DNA from: Thainema sp.
Lineage (GTDB): Bacteria > Cyanobacteriota > Cyanobacteriia > Phormidesmidales > Phormidesmidaceae
Assembly: GCA_052168235.1 (NCBI GenBank)
Contig: JBQLZK010000002.1
Location: forward strand, 96,001 to 160,000
Length of the DNA stretch: 64,000 bases
Reading direction: 5' to 3'
The notes under the pieces were generated by a model. That model had not been told where the DNA came from, made no database searches, and saw nothing but the letters and a program-made list of their open reading frames with translations. Below are positions 1 to 8,583 of this stretch, in pieces; within the stretch, counting starts at the first letter, position 1, and every line of letters begins with the position of its first letter. A program made the translations under genes and the position numbers.

Positions 1-944
1 TATGTTCAGTCCCATAGGCATCGTTTAACTCGAACTCGTTTAAAGATCGAAGCCAATTATTCTATTCACAGTGTCATGTTCTCCTGATGCTAATCTTGAA
101 TTTTGTAGTCGATAAGAATAAAAACTTTAAAGTGCAACTCTGATTCAGTTGAACGCGCGAAAATCATATATTTTCATGAAAAACGAAATAAGCTTTGCTA
201 AGCCAATTTGAAACTGAAAATAAAAATCTATTGCTTTGCAATTCATTCAAACTAAATATCAATAATTCAATACATAAAACATTGAGAACACAATAAAGAG
301 CAAGAAGAAAGCAAGACAGAACTAGTTAGAGGTGCAGGATATTTCAGACTTCATACCAATTGTGTTTGGCTTCAACACAGCGACAGAACGACTATAGCGA
401 TTTGAGCTATGGCCACTAACTCCCCAAATGACTTGAAACGAAGATCAGGTGGGCGATTACGTAAATAGCTGAGAATACTGAGATAAGCGTTTTGTGCTAT
501 TTTCCTTTGCTGCGGTTTAGCTTTAACAAAAGCTTGCTCATTATCAAGTACACAGCAAGCACCATCTTGTTTGGCGTGATCTTAGTCCAACCGAGGAACA
601 AATCATCCCTGATTTAGGTCAATCTTCTTGATGTTGGTCAAAGTTTCCTGCCTGACATTACTTAATTGACGGTATGGGGCTGTCTGCGTAGTTCGATTCT
701 GCCGACTCTATCGGCAATTCGACAACATAACTGCTACATTCATTAAGATTGAGCAATGTTCTGTAATAGTTGCCAAATAGTCGCCGCGCGATTGTAGAAA
801 CATCTAAGTCTCTGCATTCGTCTGATTCTAGGGTCAATCTGACCGTTGTTTGTGCTGCATCGGCAGTTTGAGTTGTCCATCAGACAAAGTGTAGTTTGAC
901 ACAAATTCATGCTTAGCTAGTTTGTGAGGAGCTGAATTCGCTTT

Positions 945-1475
945 ATGAATATTCGTCATTTATCTAAAACCGGGCTTATTGCAGGACTTGCGATCGCAAC
1001 CTGTTTAGCCAGCAGCCTTCCCCTTGTTGCCGTTGCCCAAAGCGGACTGCCTGGCCTCACCATCTTTGGAGGCCCGGAAGAGGAGCTAGGTTATCGCTTT
1101 GACTTTGGGGGCACAAGAGCGACGACCGATCGGCTCCGCTTGCGTTTTCCGGGAGATAAGCTGGAACTGGGTGTCAACGAAATTTTGATTACTTATCCAG
1201 AAACCTACAGAGGTGATTTCGAAACCGATGAAATTGATGTTCGGGTTGACGGCGATAACCAGCCAATCGATGAAGTGGTATGGGACGAAGATCGGCGCGA
1301 AATCCGAATCTATCTAGTAGAGCCAATTCCAGCCCAAACCAGTATTGAGGTCGTAATGTCTGATCTCTATCTGCCACGTCGCTCGGGAATGCACTTCTTT
1401 GAAGGATATATTTATGCGCCTGGCGATGTCAGCATCAGCCGCAAGATCGGAACATGGGTTGTCACTGTCAACTAG
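945..1475 (+). CDS. DUF2808-like secreted protein
   Basis: Signal peptide, 'GLPGLTIFGG' motif and beta-rich body; usual position upstream of rpmH in cyanobacteria. Confidence 0.75.
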   Translation: MNIRHLSKTGLIAGLAIATCLASSLPLVAVAQSGLPGLTIFGGPEEELGYRFDFGGTRATTDRLRLRFPGDKLELGVNEILITYPETYRGDFETDEIDVRVDGDNQPIDEVVWDEDRREIRIYLVEPIPAQTSIEVVMSDLYLPRRSGMHFFEGYIYAPGDVSISRKIGTWVVTVN

Positions 1476-1604
1476 TCATTATCAACTAAATTGATTGTCG
1501 TGATGATCAATTCTTGGATTGATTCTTACAGAGATGGCAATTTTTAGTGCTAACATAGTAGACTGCGTCTTCATGGTAGTCACAGAGCAAGCAGGAGGAT
1601 AGAG

Positions 1605-1742
1605 ATGACTAAGCGCACGCTAGGAGGTACCGTCCGCAAGCGGAAAAGAACCTCCGGATTTCGCGCACGGATGCGCACCAAGACCGGACAGCGTGTCATT
1701 AAGGCTCGTCGTCGTAAGGGGCGGCAGCGACTTAGCGTCTAA
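1605..1742 (+). CDS. rpmH: 50S ribosomal protein L34
   Basis: Not in ORF track; translates to [54 protein letters not shown] upstream; precedes rnpA. Confidence 0.98.
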   Translation: MTKRTLGGTVRKRKRTSGFRARMRTKTGQRVIKARRRKGRQRLSV

Positions 1743-1876
1743 TCTGTCCACCAGATTGGGTTCGCTTTCTAAATTCAAAAAGAGCTTGATTAAGAGTTAG
1801 GTAGTTGGTTCTCGTTGCCTTCGCAATTTGTTGTTTGCGTTGATCAGAACCCAGTCTTAGTCGGTATGGTTTATTT

Positions 1877-1915
1877 CAAAAGATCGCAGAACTTTAGTAG
1901 ATCTGCGATCTTTTG
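1877..1915 (+). terminator. Hairpin, probable intrinsic terminator after rpmH
   Basis: caaaagatcgcaga...tctgcgatcttttg 14-bp stem followed by T-rich tract. Confidence 0.55.
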
Positions 1916-2091
1916 TTGCTTGGGTTAAACCAGCAAGCTGGATATGGCACTACGCCCGTAGGTTAGAACATAGTATTTTGGGGTGAAAGCATTTTCTGGG
2001 AAGCCACGTTTCACGCGGCTTCCCAGAAGAATTAGTTTTAAGTTTTAATTGAGCGCGTAGCGCCATAAAGCAGTTTGGAGGAGAGACTTAG

Positions 2092-2499
2092 GTGGGACTG
2101 CCGAGAGCAAATCGGTTGACGCATCGGCGAGATTTTTCAGCAGTCTATCGCCACGGGACTCGCTTTAGTTCCCCACACCTCATGCTAAGAACCTTGCCGA
2201 TCTCAGCCTCACCGCTGCAGGCCAAGCTTGATAATGTGCAGGATGTAAATTCTGGATCTCAACAACCTCATACTCGTATTGGCATTGTTGTCAGCCAAAA
2301 AGTCGATAAACGAGCTGTTGTGCGTAACCGAATTAAGCGTCGGCTCCAGGCCGCCTTCATGACATTGCGATCGCAGATTCAACCCGGTTGGTTACTCGTG
2401 GTTGGCGTCCGTCCTCAAGCAGTTCAATGCGAATACGAACAATTTCTGCAAGAATTAGAGCAGTTATTGGCCGATGCGGAGGTATTCAATGGCAATTAA
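2092..2499 (+). CDS. rnpA: Ribonuclease P protein component
   Basis: 'LPRANRL..RRDFSAVY' and 'IGIVVSQKVDKRAVVRNRIKRRL' RNR motif; GTG start. Confidence 0.97.
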   Translation: MGLPRANRLTHRRDFSAVYRHGTRFSSPHLMLRTLPISASPLQAKLDNVQDVNSGSQQPHTRIGIVVSQKVDKRAVVRNRIKRRLQAAFMTLRSQIQPGWLLVVGVRPQAVQCEYEQFLQELEQLLADAEVFNGN

Positions 2500-2881
2500 A
2501 GAGGAAGTCTATTTCGAGGGAGGCCCGCACATTGGCGATCTGATCATTAACCTGCTTTTGGCCTTCACCGTCATTTGTATCCCCTTAACCATTGGGGCCA
2601 TCGTACGTGCCCTGTGGCTACGCTATCGGATCACGAATCGACGGATTTCCATCAACGGAGGCTGGCTTGGTCGCGATCGCACCGATGTTATCTACAAAGA
2701 AATTTCCAAAGTTGTCACCGTTCCCCGTGGTTTAGGATTTTGGGGCGATATGGTTCTGACCCTCAAAGACGGCAGCCGCATAGAAATGAAAGCTGTCCCC
2801 AATTTCCGCGATGTTTATGACTACATCAACGAAAAACTTTTGCCTGGCGCAAAAGCCGCCAGCGGCGCAATTGGCAGCTAG
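2489..2881 (+). CDS. PH domain-containing membrane protein (bPH_2-like)
   Basis: MAIKEEVYFEGGPHIGDL...RYRITNRRI; conserved between rnpA and yidC in cyanobacteria; start placed at ATG 2489. Confidence 0.85.
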   Translation: MAIKEEVYFEGGPHIGDLIINLLLAFTVICIPLTIGAIVRALWLRYRITNRRISINGGWLGRDRTDVIYKEISKVVTVPRGLGFWGDMVLTLKDGSRIEMKAVPNFRDVYDYINEKLLPGAKAASGAIGS

Positions 2882-3223
2882 CATTAGTTGATGGCAACGA
2901 TAATAAGCACGGATAGCAAATAAGCAAATACTGATTTGAATTGTGTGGCCCCAAAGCCCGTGATGATTTGTGTAAAAGGTTTGCAGTGTCACCCCTCTAC
3001 ACAAAATGGTGGGAGTCTTACACATGAGCTTGATATCAGACGTAAGATATTTCTAGATATAGAGCTGATCAAGCTGCTCTCGAAGTACTCCAAAGAGACT
3101 AGAAGAGGAACAAGGGTGGTTTTCCGACCCTATTCACAATTCGCAATCTGATCCGGATTCGGATAGATTAGAGTTCAGGCGATTTAGCCGTCGATCAACA
3201 CAGCAGATTAAACAACAAGACGC

Positions 3224-4414
3224 ATGGATTTCGGTATCGGATTTCTTTCCAACAATGTCATGCTGCCAATCCTGGATTTCTTCTACGGGATTGTGCCCAG
3301 CTATGGCCTCGCAATTGTCGCATTGACGCTGGTGATCCGCTTCGCGCTGTATCCGCTCAGCGCTGGATCTATCCGAAATATGCGTCGGATGAAAGTGACG
3401 CAGCCTATGATGCAAAAGCGAGTGAAGGAAATCCAAGCTCGCTACAAGGATGATCCAACTAAGCAGCAAGAAGAAATGAGCAAAGTCTACAAGGAGTTTG
3501 GTAACCCCTTGGCAGGCTGTTTTCCAGTCTTACTGCAAATGCCCATCCTGTTTGCTCTGTTCGCAACGTTAAGAGGATCGCCGTTCTCGGATGTTGCCTA
3601 TACCTTTAATCTGCAGGTCTTGCCCCAGACGCAAATCGAACAGATTCAGCCCCAAACATTCTCAACCAAGCCACAAAATATTTATGTAACAGACGGAATC
3701 CACGAGAAGGTAGCGGCGATTCTGCCAGGTGGCAACAAGCTGGCTGTTGGTGAGAAAACAAACCTAGAATTTCAAACGCCAGATGGGAAACCCCTAAGCA
3801 CTCTTGTTAACGAGTATGGGCAAACGTCTGATTTAACTCCTCACCTTGAAGTAACCAAAGGACAGGAGCGGGTTCAAATTGATGAAAATGGCAACATTCA
3901 GGCGCTGCAGCCAGGTGATGTCACGATTCAAGCCAAGATTCCAGGTTTAGCATCGAATAAGGGTTTCTTGTTTATTGAAGCTCTAGGTCGGGTGGGTGCC
4001 GTTGGTGAAAACGGAGACATCCACTGGGATATTGCTGGCATGATTCTCTTTTTCGGCATTAGCCTGTACGTTAATCAGCTACTGTCCGGTCAGGGAGCCA
4101 GCGATAACCCCCAGCAGGCGACTGTCAATAAGCTGACCCCAGTGCTGTTTTCGGGTATGTTTTTCTTCTTCCCTTTGCCCGCTGGTGTGCTGATGTACAT
4201 GGTGATTGCTAACATCTTCCAAACGGCTCAGACATTTATCCTGTCGAGGGAACCCCTGCCAGAAAATTTACAGAAGCTGGCGGAAGCTGGCGCTAGTGCA
4301 TCGGGTGGTAGCGGAAACGCAGATAGCAATGGAGACTCAGGCCGAGAAGCACTGCCATTTGAACCCGGTCAAGGTAAGAGCCAAAGCAAGAAGAAAAAGA
4401 AGGAAAAAGCGTAG
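3224..4414 (+). CDS. yidC: Membrane protein insertase YidC
   Basis: '[20 protein letters not shown]', '[16 protein letters not shown]', '[15 protein letters not shown]'. Confidence 0.97.
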   Translation: MDFGIGFLSNNVMLPILDFFYGIVPSYGLAIVALTLVIRFALYPLSAGSIRNMRRMKVTQPMMQKRVKEIQARYKDDPTKQQEEMSKVYKEFGNPLAGCFPVLLQMPILFALFATLRGSPFSDVAYTFNLQVLPQTQIEQIQPQTFSTKPQNIYVTDGIHEKVAAILPGGNKLAVGEKTNLEFQTPDGKPLSTLVNEYGQTSDLTPHLEVTKGQERVQIDENGNIQALQPGDVTIQAKIPGLASNKGFLFIEALGRVGAVGENGDIHWDIAGMILFFGISLYVNQLLSGQGASDNPQQATVNKLTPVLFSGMFFFFPLPAGVLMYMVIANIFQTAQTFILSREPLPENLQKLAEAGASASGGSGNADSNGDSGREALPFEPGQGKSQSKKKKKEKA

Positions 4415-4426
4415 GATATTAAACCC

Positions 4427-4939
4427 ATGAATGAGAGCCAACAGCGCGGCATTGAATGGATGGAATCATTCCTAAATCTTGCTAATTTGCCTGCTCAGGT
4501 TAAGGCGCATGAGGATGAGCATGTGGGCGAAGAAAACAGCTGTTGGCTCACTATTGATGAATCGCAAATGACCCCGGCGCAAATTGAAGGTTTGACTGGA
4601 TCTGATGGTGCGGTACTGGATGCTATTCAGTATTTGGTAAACACGGTACTCAACATTGGTCGAGACAAGAATGAACAGCAGCCTTATACCGTTGAACTAG
4701 CTGGGTATCGTGTACGGCGGCAGGCTGAGCTGACCCAGATGGCTGAGCAAGCAGCGCAAGAGGTACGTGAAACTCATCGGGAAGTGGAGTTATCTTCTCT
4801 ATCTGCTGCGGAACGCCGACAAATTCATACCCTATTCAAAGAGTATGAAGAACTAGAAACTTACAGCCGCGGCAAAGAGCCTAACCGTCTACTGGTTGTG
4901 CGTTTAGCCTCAAATGCTGATTCAGATGAGGAACAGTGA
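4427..4939 (+). CDS. jag: Jag/KhpB-like R3H RNA-binding protein
   Basis: KH-like 'GAVLDAIQYL' and R3H 'ERRQIH...ETYSRGKEPNRLLVV'; follows yidC. Confidence 0.88.
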   Translation: MNESQQRGIEWMESFLNLANLPAQVKAHEDEHVGEENSCWLTIDESQMTPAQIEGLTGSDGAVLDAIQYLVNTVLNIGRDKNEQQPYTVELAGYRVRRQAELTQMAEQAAQEVRETHREVELSSLSAAERRQIHTLFKEYEELETYSRGKEPNRLLVVRLASNADSDEEQ

Positions 4940-5132
4940 TTAATTGTTCGATTGCCTAGTTTCTGTTTTTAGTTGCTGTAAGCCGATCGGGATGTTTGGA
5001 TGGTAGGCAGAACAGTCTCGAATGTCGGCAAGCTTTAGCCTTAAGCTAGGAATCAGGATTGGTCTCAATACAAAATTTTAGGTCAGGTTAAAACCGGATG
5101 CTCCATTAGCAGGCAGCAGGAGGATGATTAAG

Positions 5133-5642
5133 ATGATGCGTGCAATTTACATTCCCGAACTGCGTCAGGCACCGGATCAAACCCGCGTTTTAGACGTTAA
5201 AGAGTATTTGCCTGATCTTGAAAGCCTTACTCCTGTGCAGGGGACAATGAAAGTGAGTCACTGCGGTAACTACATAGAAGTGGAAGCACAGGTTGAAACG
5301 ATTGTGACGCTGACCTGTAACCGCTGTTTACAGCAGTACAATCATCGGCTCAAGGCAGATACAAAGGAACTGATTTGGCTCCAGGATGAGCTGCCCGAAG
5401 TTGATCAGCCTGGCGTGGAGATTGAAGTTCCTCTAGAAGATCTGGTTGAAACGCTACCGCCAAAAGGATATTTTCAGCCGGCTGACTGGCTATATCAGCA
5501 GCTTTGTTTAGCTTTGCCAGCACGGCAGCTGTGCGATCGCAACTGTCCTGGCATTGACACATCGAACGCGGAAGCGCAATCCTTAGTGGATTCTCGCTGG
5601 TCAGCACTGGAAATCTTGAAACAGCAACTGTCCAATAACTAG
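5133..5642 (+). CDS. YceD/DUF177 family protein
   Basis: CxRC (LTCNRCL) and 'LCLALP..LCDRNCPG', 'DSRWSAL'; AGGAGG RBS favours ATG 5133. Confidence 0.88.
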   Translation: MMRAIYIPELRQAPDQTRVLDVKEYLPDLESLTPVQGTMKVSHCGNYIEVEAQVETIVTLTCNRCLQQYNHRLKADTKELIWLQDELPEVDQPGVEIEVPLEDLVETLPPKGYFQPADWLYQQLCLALPARQLCDRNCPGIDTSNAEAQSLVDSRWSALEILKQQLSNN

Positions 5643-5669
5643 TGGCTTCATATCTTAGCCTCAAGAATC

Positions 5670-7193
5670 ATGAGCTTTAGCCAAGAGCTAGAACTGCTGC
5701 TGAGAGCGCGATACTCTGTGCTGTATCTGCCGACCCGCGAAGAAGAGCGGGTCGAAGGCGAGATCGCTGCTCTCGCTCAGCGTCAGGGCAATCGCGCCGT
5801 ATATACTTGGGACTTCGTTGACGGCTATCAGGGCAATCCCAACGATGCTGGATTTGGGCGGCGCAATCCTCTGCAAGCTCTAGAACTGGTTGAAAAATTA
5901 CCGTCCTCAGCCGCCGCTATTTTTGTACTGCGCGATTTTCATCGGTTTTTAGACGATGTTGCGATCGCACGTAAGCTGCGCAACCTCGCCCGCATTCTCA
6001 AATCGCAGCCCAAAAATCTAATTATCATTGCGCCAACGGTCACCATTCCAGATGATCTGGGTGAAGTGATTACGGTTCTGGAGTTTCCGCTACCGACCCT
6101 GGACGAAATCAGTACTGAAGTGCGATCGCTGCTATCTGCTACCAATAGTCACTTGGATAGCCGCACAGAGGACGAGCTAATTCGTTCCTGCCAAGGACTT
6201 TCAATTGAGCGGATTCGTCGAGTCATTGCCCGTTCCGTTGCCACTCACGGTCAATTTCAAGCCGATGATATTGACCTGATTTTGCAGGAAAAGCGTCAGA
6301 CAATCCGTCAGACTCAGATTCTAGACTTTTATCCGGCCAGCGAAAAAATTTCTGATATTGGCGGTTTAGAAAACCTCAAGGATTGGCTGCTGAAGCGCGG
6401 CGGTGCTTTTTCTGAACGGGCACGACAGTACGGATTGCCCCATCCTCGGGGATTGCTGCTGGTTGGTATTCAAGGTACAGGTAAGTCTCTCACAGCTAAA
6501 GCAATCGCTCATCACTGGCATTTGCCCCTGCTGCGGCTGGATGTCGGTCGGCTCTTTGCGGGGCTGGTGGGTGAGTCGGAGTCACGTACTCGGCAAATGA
6601 TTCAAATTGCCGAAGCGCTGGCTCCCTGCGTCCTGTGGATTGATGAAATTGACAAAGCATTTGCTGGCTTTGATAGTCGAGGAGATTCCGGCACCACCAG
6701 CCGCGTGTTTGGCACCTTTATTACCTGGTTAGCCGAAAAAACATCGCCTGTCTTTGTGGTGGCGACTGCCAATAATATCCAAACTCTACCGCCAGAAATG
6801 CTGAGGCGCGGCAGATTTGACGAAATTTTCTTTGTTGGTTTGCCGAGTCAGGAAGAGCGTAAAGCCATCTTTGAGGTTCATCTTTCTCGTTTACGACCTC
6901 ACAATGTCAGTCAGTATGACTGCGATCGCTTAGCCTACGAGACTCCCGACTTCTCTGGAGCAGAGATTGAACAGACGATCATTGAAGCCATGCACATTGG
7001 TTTTAGCCAGAATCGCGACTTCAATAACGATGACATTTTAGAAGCAGCTAGCCAAGTGATCCCGCTAGCCCGTACCGCCCGCGATCAAATCCAGCGGCTA
7101 CAGGAATGGGCCAATTCTGGTCGAGCCAGACTGGCTTCTCGACACAGTAGCCTTAGCGATCGCATTCAGCGACAAATGGAATCTACTGATTGA
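5670..7193 (+). CDS. ycf46: Ycf46-family AAA+ ATPase
   Basis: Walker A GIQGTGKS, Walker B LWIDEIDK, 'GRFDEIFFVGLP'. Confidence 0.9.
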   Translation: MSFSQELELLLRARYSVLYLPTREEERVEGEIAALAQRQGNRAVYTWDFVDGYQGNPNDAGFGRRNPLQALELVEKLPSSAAAIFVLRDFHRFLDDVAIARKLRNLARILKSQPKNLIIIAPTVTIPDDLGEVITVLEFPLPTLDEISTEVRSLLSATNSHLDSRTEDELIRSCQGLSIERIRRVIARSVATHGQFQADDIDLILQEKRQTIRQTQILDFYPASEKISDIGGLENLKDWLLKRGGAFSERARQYGLPHPRGLLLVGIQGTGKSLTAKAIAHHWHLPLLRLDVGRLFAGLVGESESRTRQMIQIAEALAPCVLWIDEIDKAFAGFDSRGDSGTTSRVFGTFITWLAEKTSPVFVVATANNIQTLPPEMLRRGRFDEIFFVGLPSQEERKAIFEVHLSRLRPHNVSQYDCDRLAYETPDFSGAEIEQTIIEAMHIGFSQNRDFNNDDILEAASQVIPLARTARDQIQRLQEWANSGRARLASRHSSLSDRIQRQMESTD

Positions 7194-7214
7194 ATCGTTT
7201 AATTGGTTTTGCAT

Positions 7215-7246
7215 AAGTATGGACACGGCATCTCGTGTCCATACTT
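7215..7246. repeat. REP-like hairpin / possible terminator
   Basis: aagtatggacacg-gcatct-cgtgtccatactt inverted repeat just after ycf46. Confidence 0.5.
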
Positions 7247-7395
7247 TCAGTCCCAAATTATTAAAAATCATCCCGATCTAAGCGATGGGTATTACACTTG
7301 TGTTCTAGCAGAGCCTCAAGACTGCTCACACTAGAATTTTGGCGGTTAATTTTGCCCAAATCTGTCGTGGTAAGCAGGTTGGCATAAATCAACGC

Positions 7396-7446
7396 ATCTA
7401 AAAACCGGGGGAGCGCCCCTCCGGGGCGCTCCCCCGGTTTTTAGAT
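7396..7446. repeat. Perfect 24-bp inverted repeat with 3-nt loop (TCC/GGA)
   Basis: atctaaaaaccgggggagcgcccc-tcc-ggggcgctcccccggtttttagat read directly. Confidence 0.95.
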
Positions 7447-7507
7447 AATGCTTTTATTTATATACGGCTACTTACATGTTGCTACTCTTATCGGGAATCA
7501 AACGGTC

Positions 7508-8032
7508 ATGAAACTACTGACTGGACTGGTCAAACTTACGTTAGGCATCTTTTTCGCACTCGTGCTGATGTCTCTAGTGGGCGTTGCGGCGACTCGATAC
7601 TTTATTGCCCGCCTCACTGCGGTGCCGCCAAAACCGGCATTTGCGAATGATACCGAAGAGACCTATGGTGCTCCCATCAATCAACCTGAGGAGCAGGAGC
7701 AACCGGCTACGGAACTCAAACCGCTAGGTGAAGGTACTCCACCACCAGAGGCTCCCCAGCCAGAAGCAGCACCTGCTGAGCAGCAAACGGAGGCTACACC
7801 TGAAGCCCCAGCCGAAGAAGCAGAGGGTTATGCGGCTCGCGTAACTCAACCGATTGGCTTGATTTTGCGGCAAGACCCATCACAGGATGCTGAGCATATT
7901 GGTGGAGTGGAGTATGAATCTGAACTGGTTGTTTTGAGTGAAAGCGACAACGGCGAATGGCAAAAGGTCAAATTGAGCAATGATCAAGTTGGCTGGGTGA
8001 AGGGCGGTAATACGGAGCCTGTAGGCGAGTAG
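7508..8032 (+). CDS. SH3 domain-containing membrane-anchored protein
   Basis: N-terminal TM, Pro/Glu linker, C-terminal bacterial SH3 ('GLILRQDPS...EWQKV...GWVKGGN'); start set at ATG 7508. Confidence 0.85.
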   Translation: MKLLTGLVKLTLGIFFALVLMSLVGVAATRYFIARLTAVPPKPAFANDTEETYGAPINQPEEQEQPATELKPLGEGTPPPEAPQPEAAPAEQQTEATPEAPAEEAEGYAARVTQPIGLILRQDPSQDAEHIGGVEYESELVVLSESDNGEWQKVKLSNDQVGWVKGGNTEPVGE

Positions 8033-8321
8033 TGATACCGCCGTTGCTATTGTGGTTGCGGCATTTGAAAAATTTAACGCTGGAACGTTCTAAAGTTAAA
8101 GCGTTTTAACGTCTCCAGAGTTCTTTAATCTTCTAGCTAATGCGTATTGCCATCAACTTTCAAAAGCGTTAGAGCCTTCAAGTATCTGTGTTAAGAAATA
8201 TGTGTAAAAGTCAACCTTGATTGCGTAGACTGCGGTTTCGGTTTTCTTCCTCAAAAGCCGATGATACCTTGATCAACAGCTTGATAAGCATTATTCGATC
8301 TAGGGATTATTCGGCGTTCTG

Positions 8322-8489
8322 ATGTATAAAAATTCAAAGAAAGATTGGGTTAGCTCTGTCGTAACGGCTGGTCTGGGTGCTGGAGTCGTTACATCCTTCG
8401 CAATCAGCCAGGGGCAGCATCCGCTCTTGGCGTTTGGAATTACCGTTTTTGCCATTCTGCTGGCGCTTTTGATTGATCATTACACCTAA
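8322..8489 (+). CDS. Small (55 aa) two-helix membrane protein
   Basis: Not in track; MYKNSKKDWVSSVVTAGLGAGVVTSFAISQGQHPLLAFGITVFAILLALLIDHYT*; two hydrophobic segments, followed by hairpin. Confidence 0.6.
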   Translation: MYKNSKKDWVSSVVTAGLGAGVVTSFAISQGQHPLLAFGITVFAILLALLIDHYT

Positions 8490-8583
8490 CTGATACAGTG
8501 CTGAGAACTGAGTGCAGTAGAGAATGCGGCAGAAGGTAACGTTGCTTGTCTTCTGCCGCATTTGCTATCAGCCATAACAGCCG

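Noticed and set aside
1..944. Possible oriC near rpmH in the AT-rich upstream region
   Set aside because: No dnaA gene and I saw no cluster of TTATCCACA boxes; rpmH is not a reliable oriC marker in cyanobacteria.
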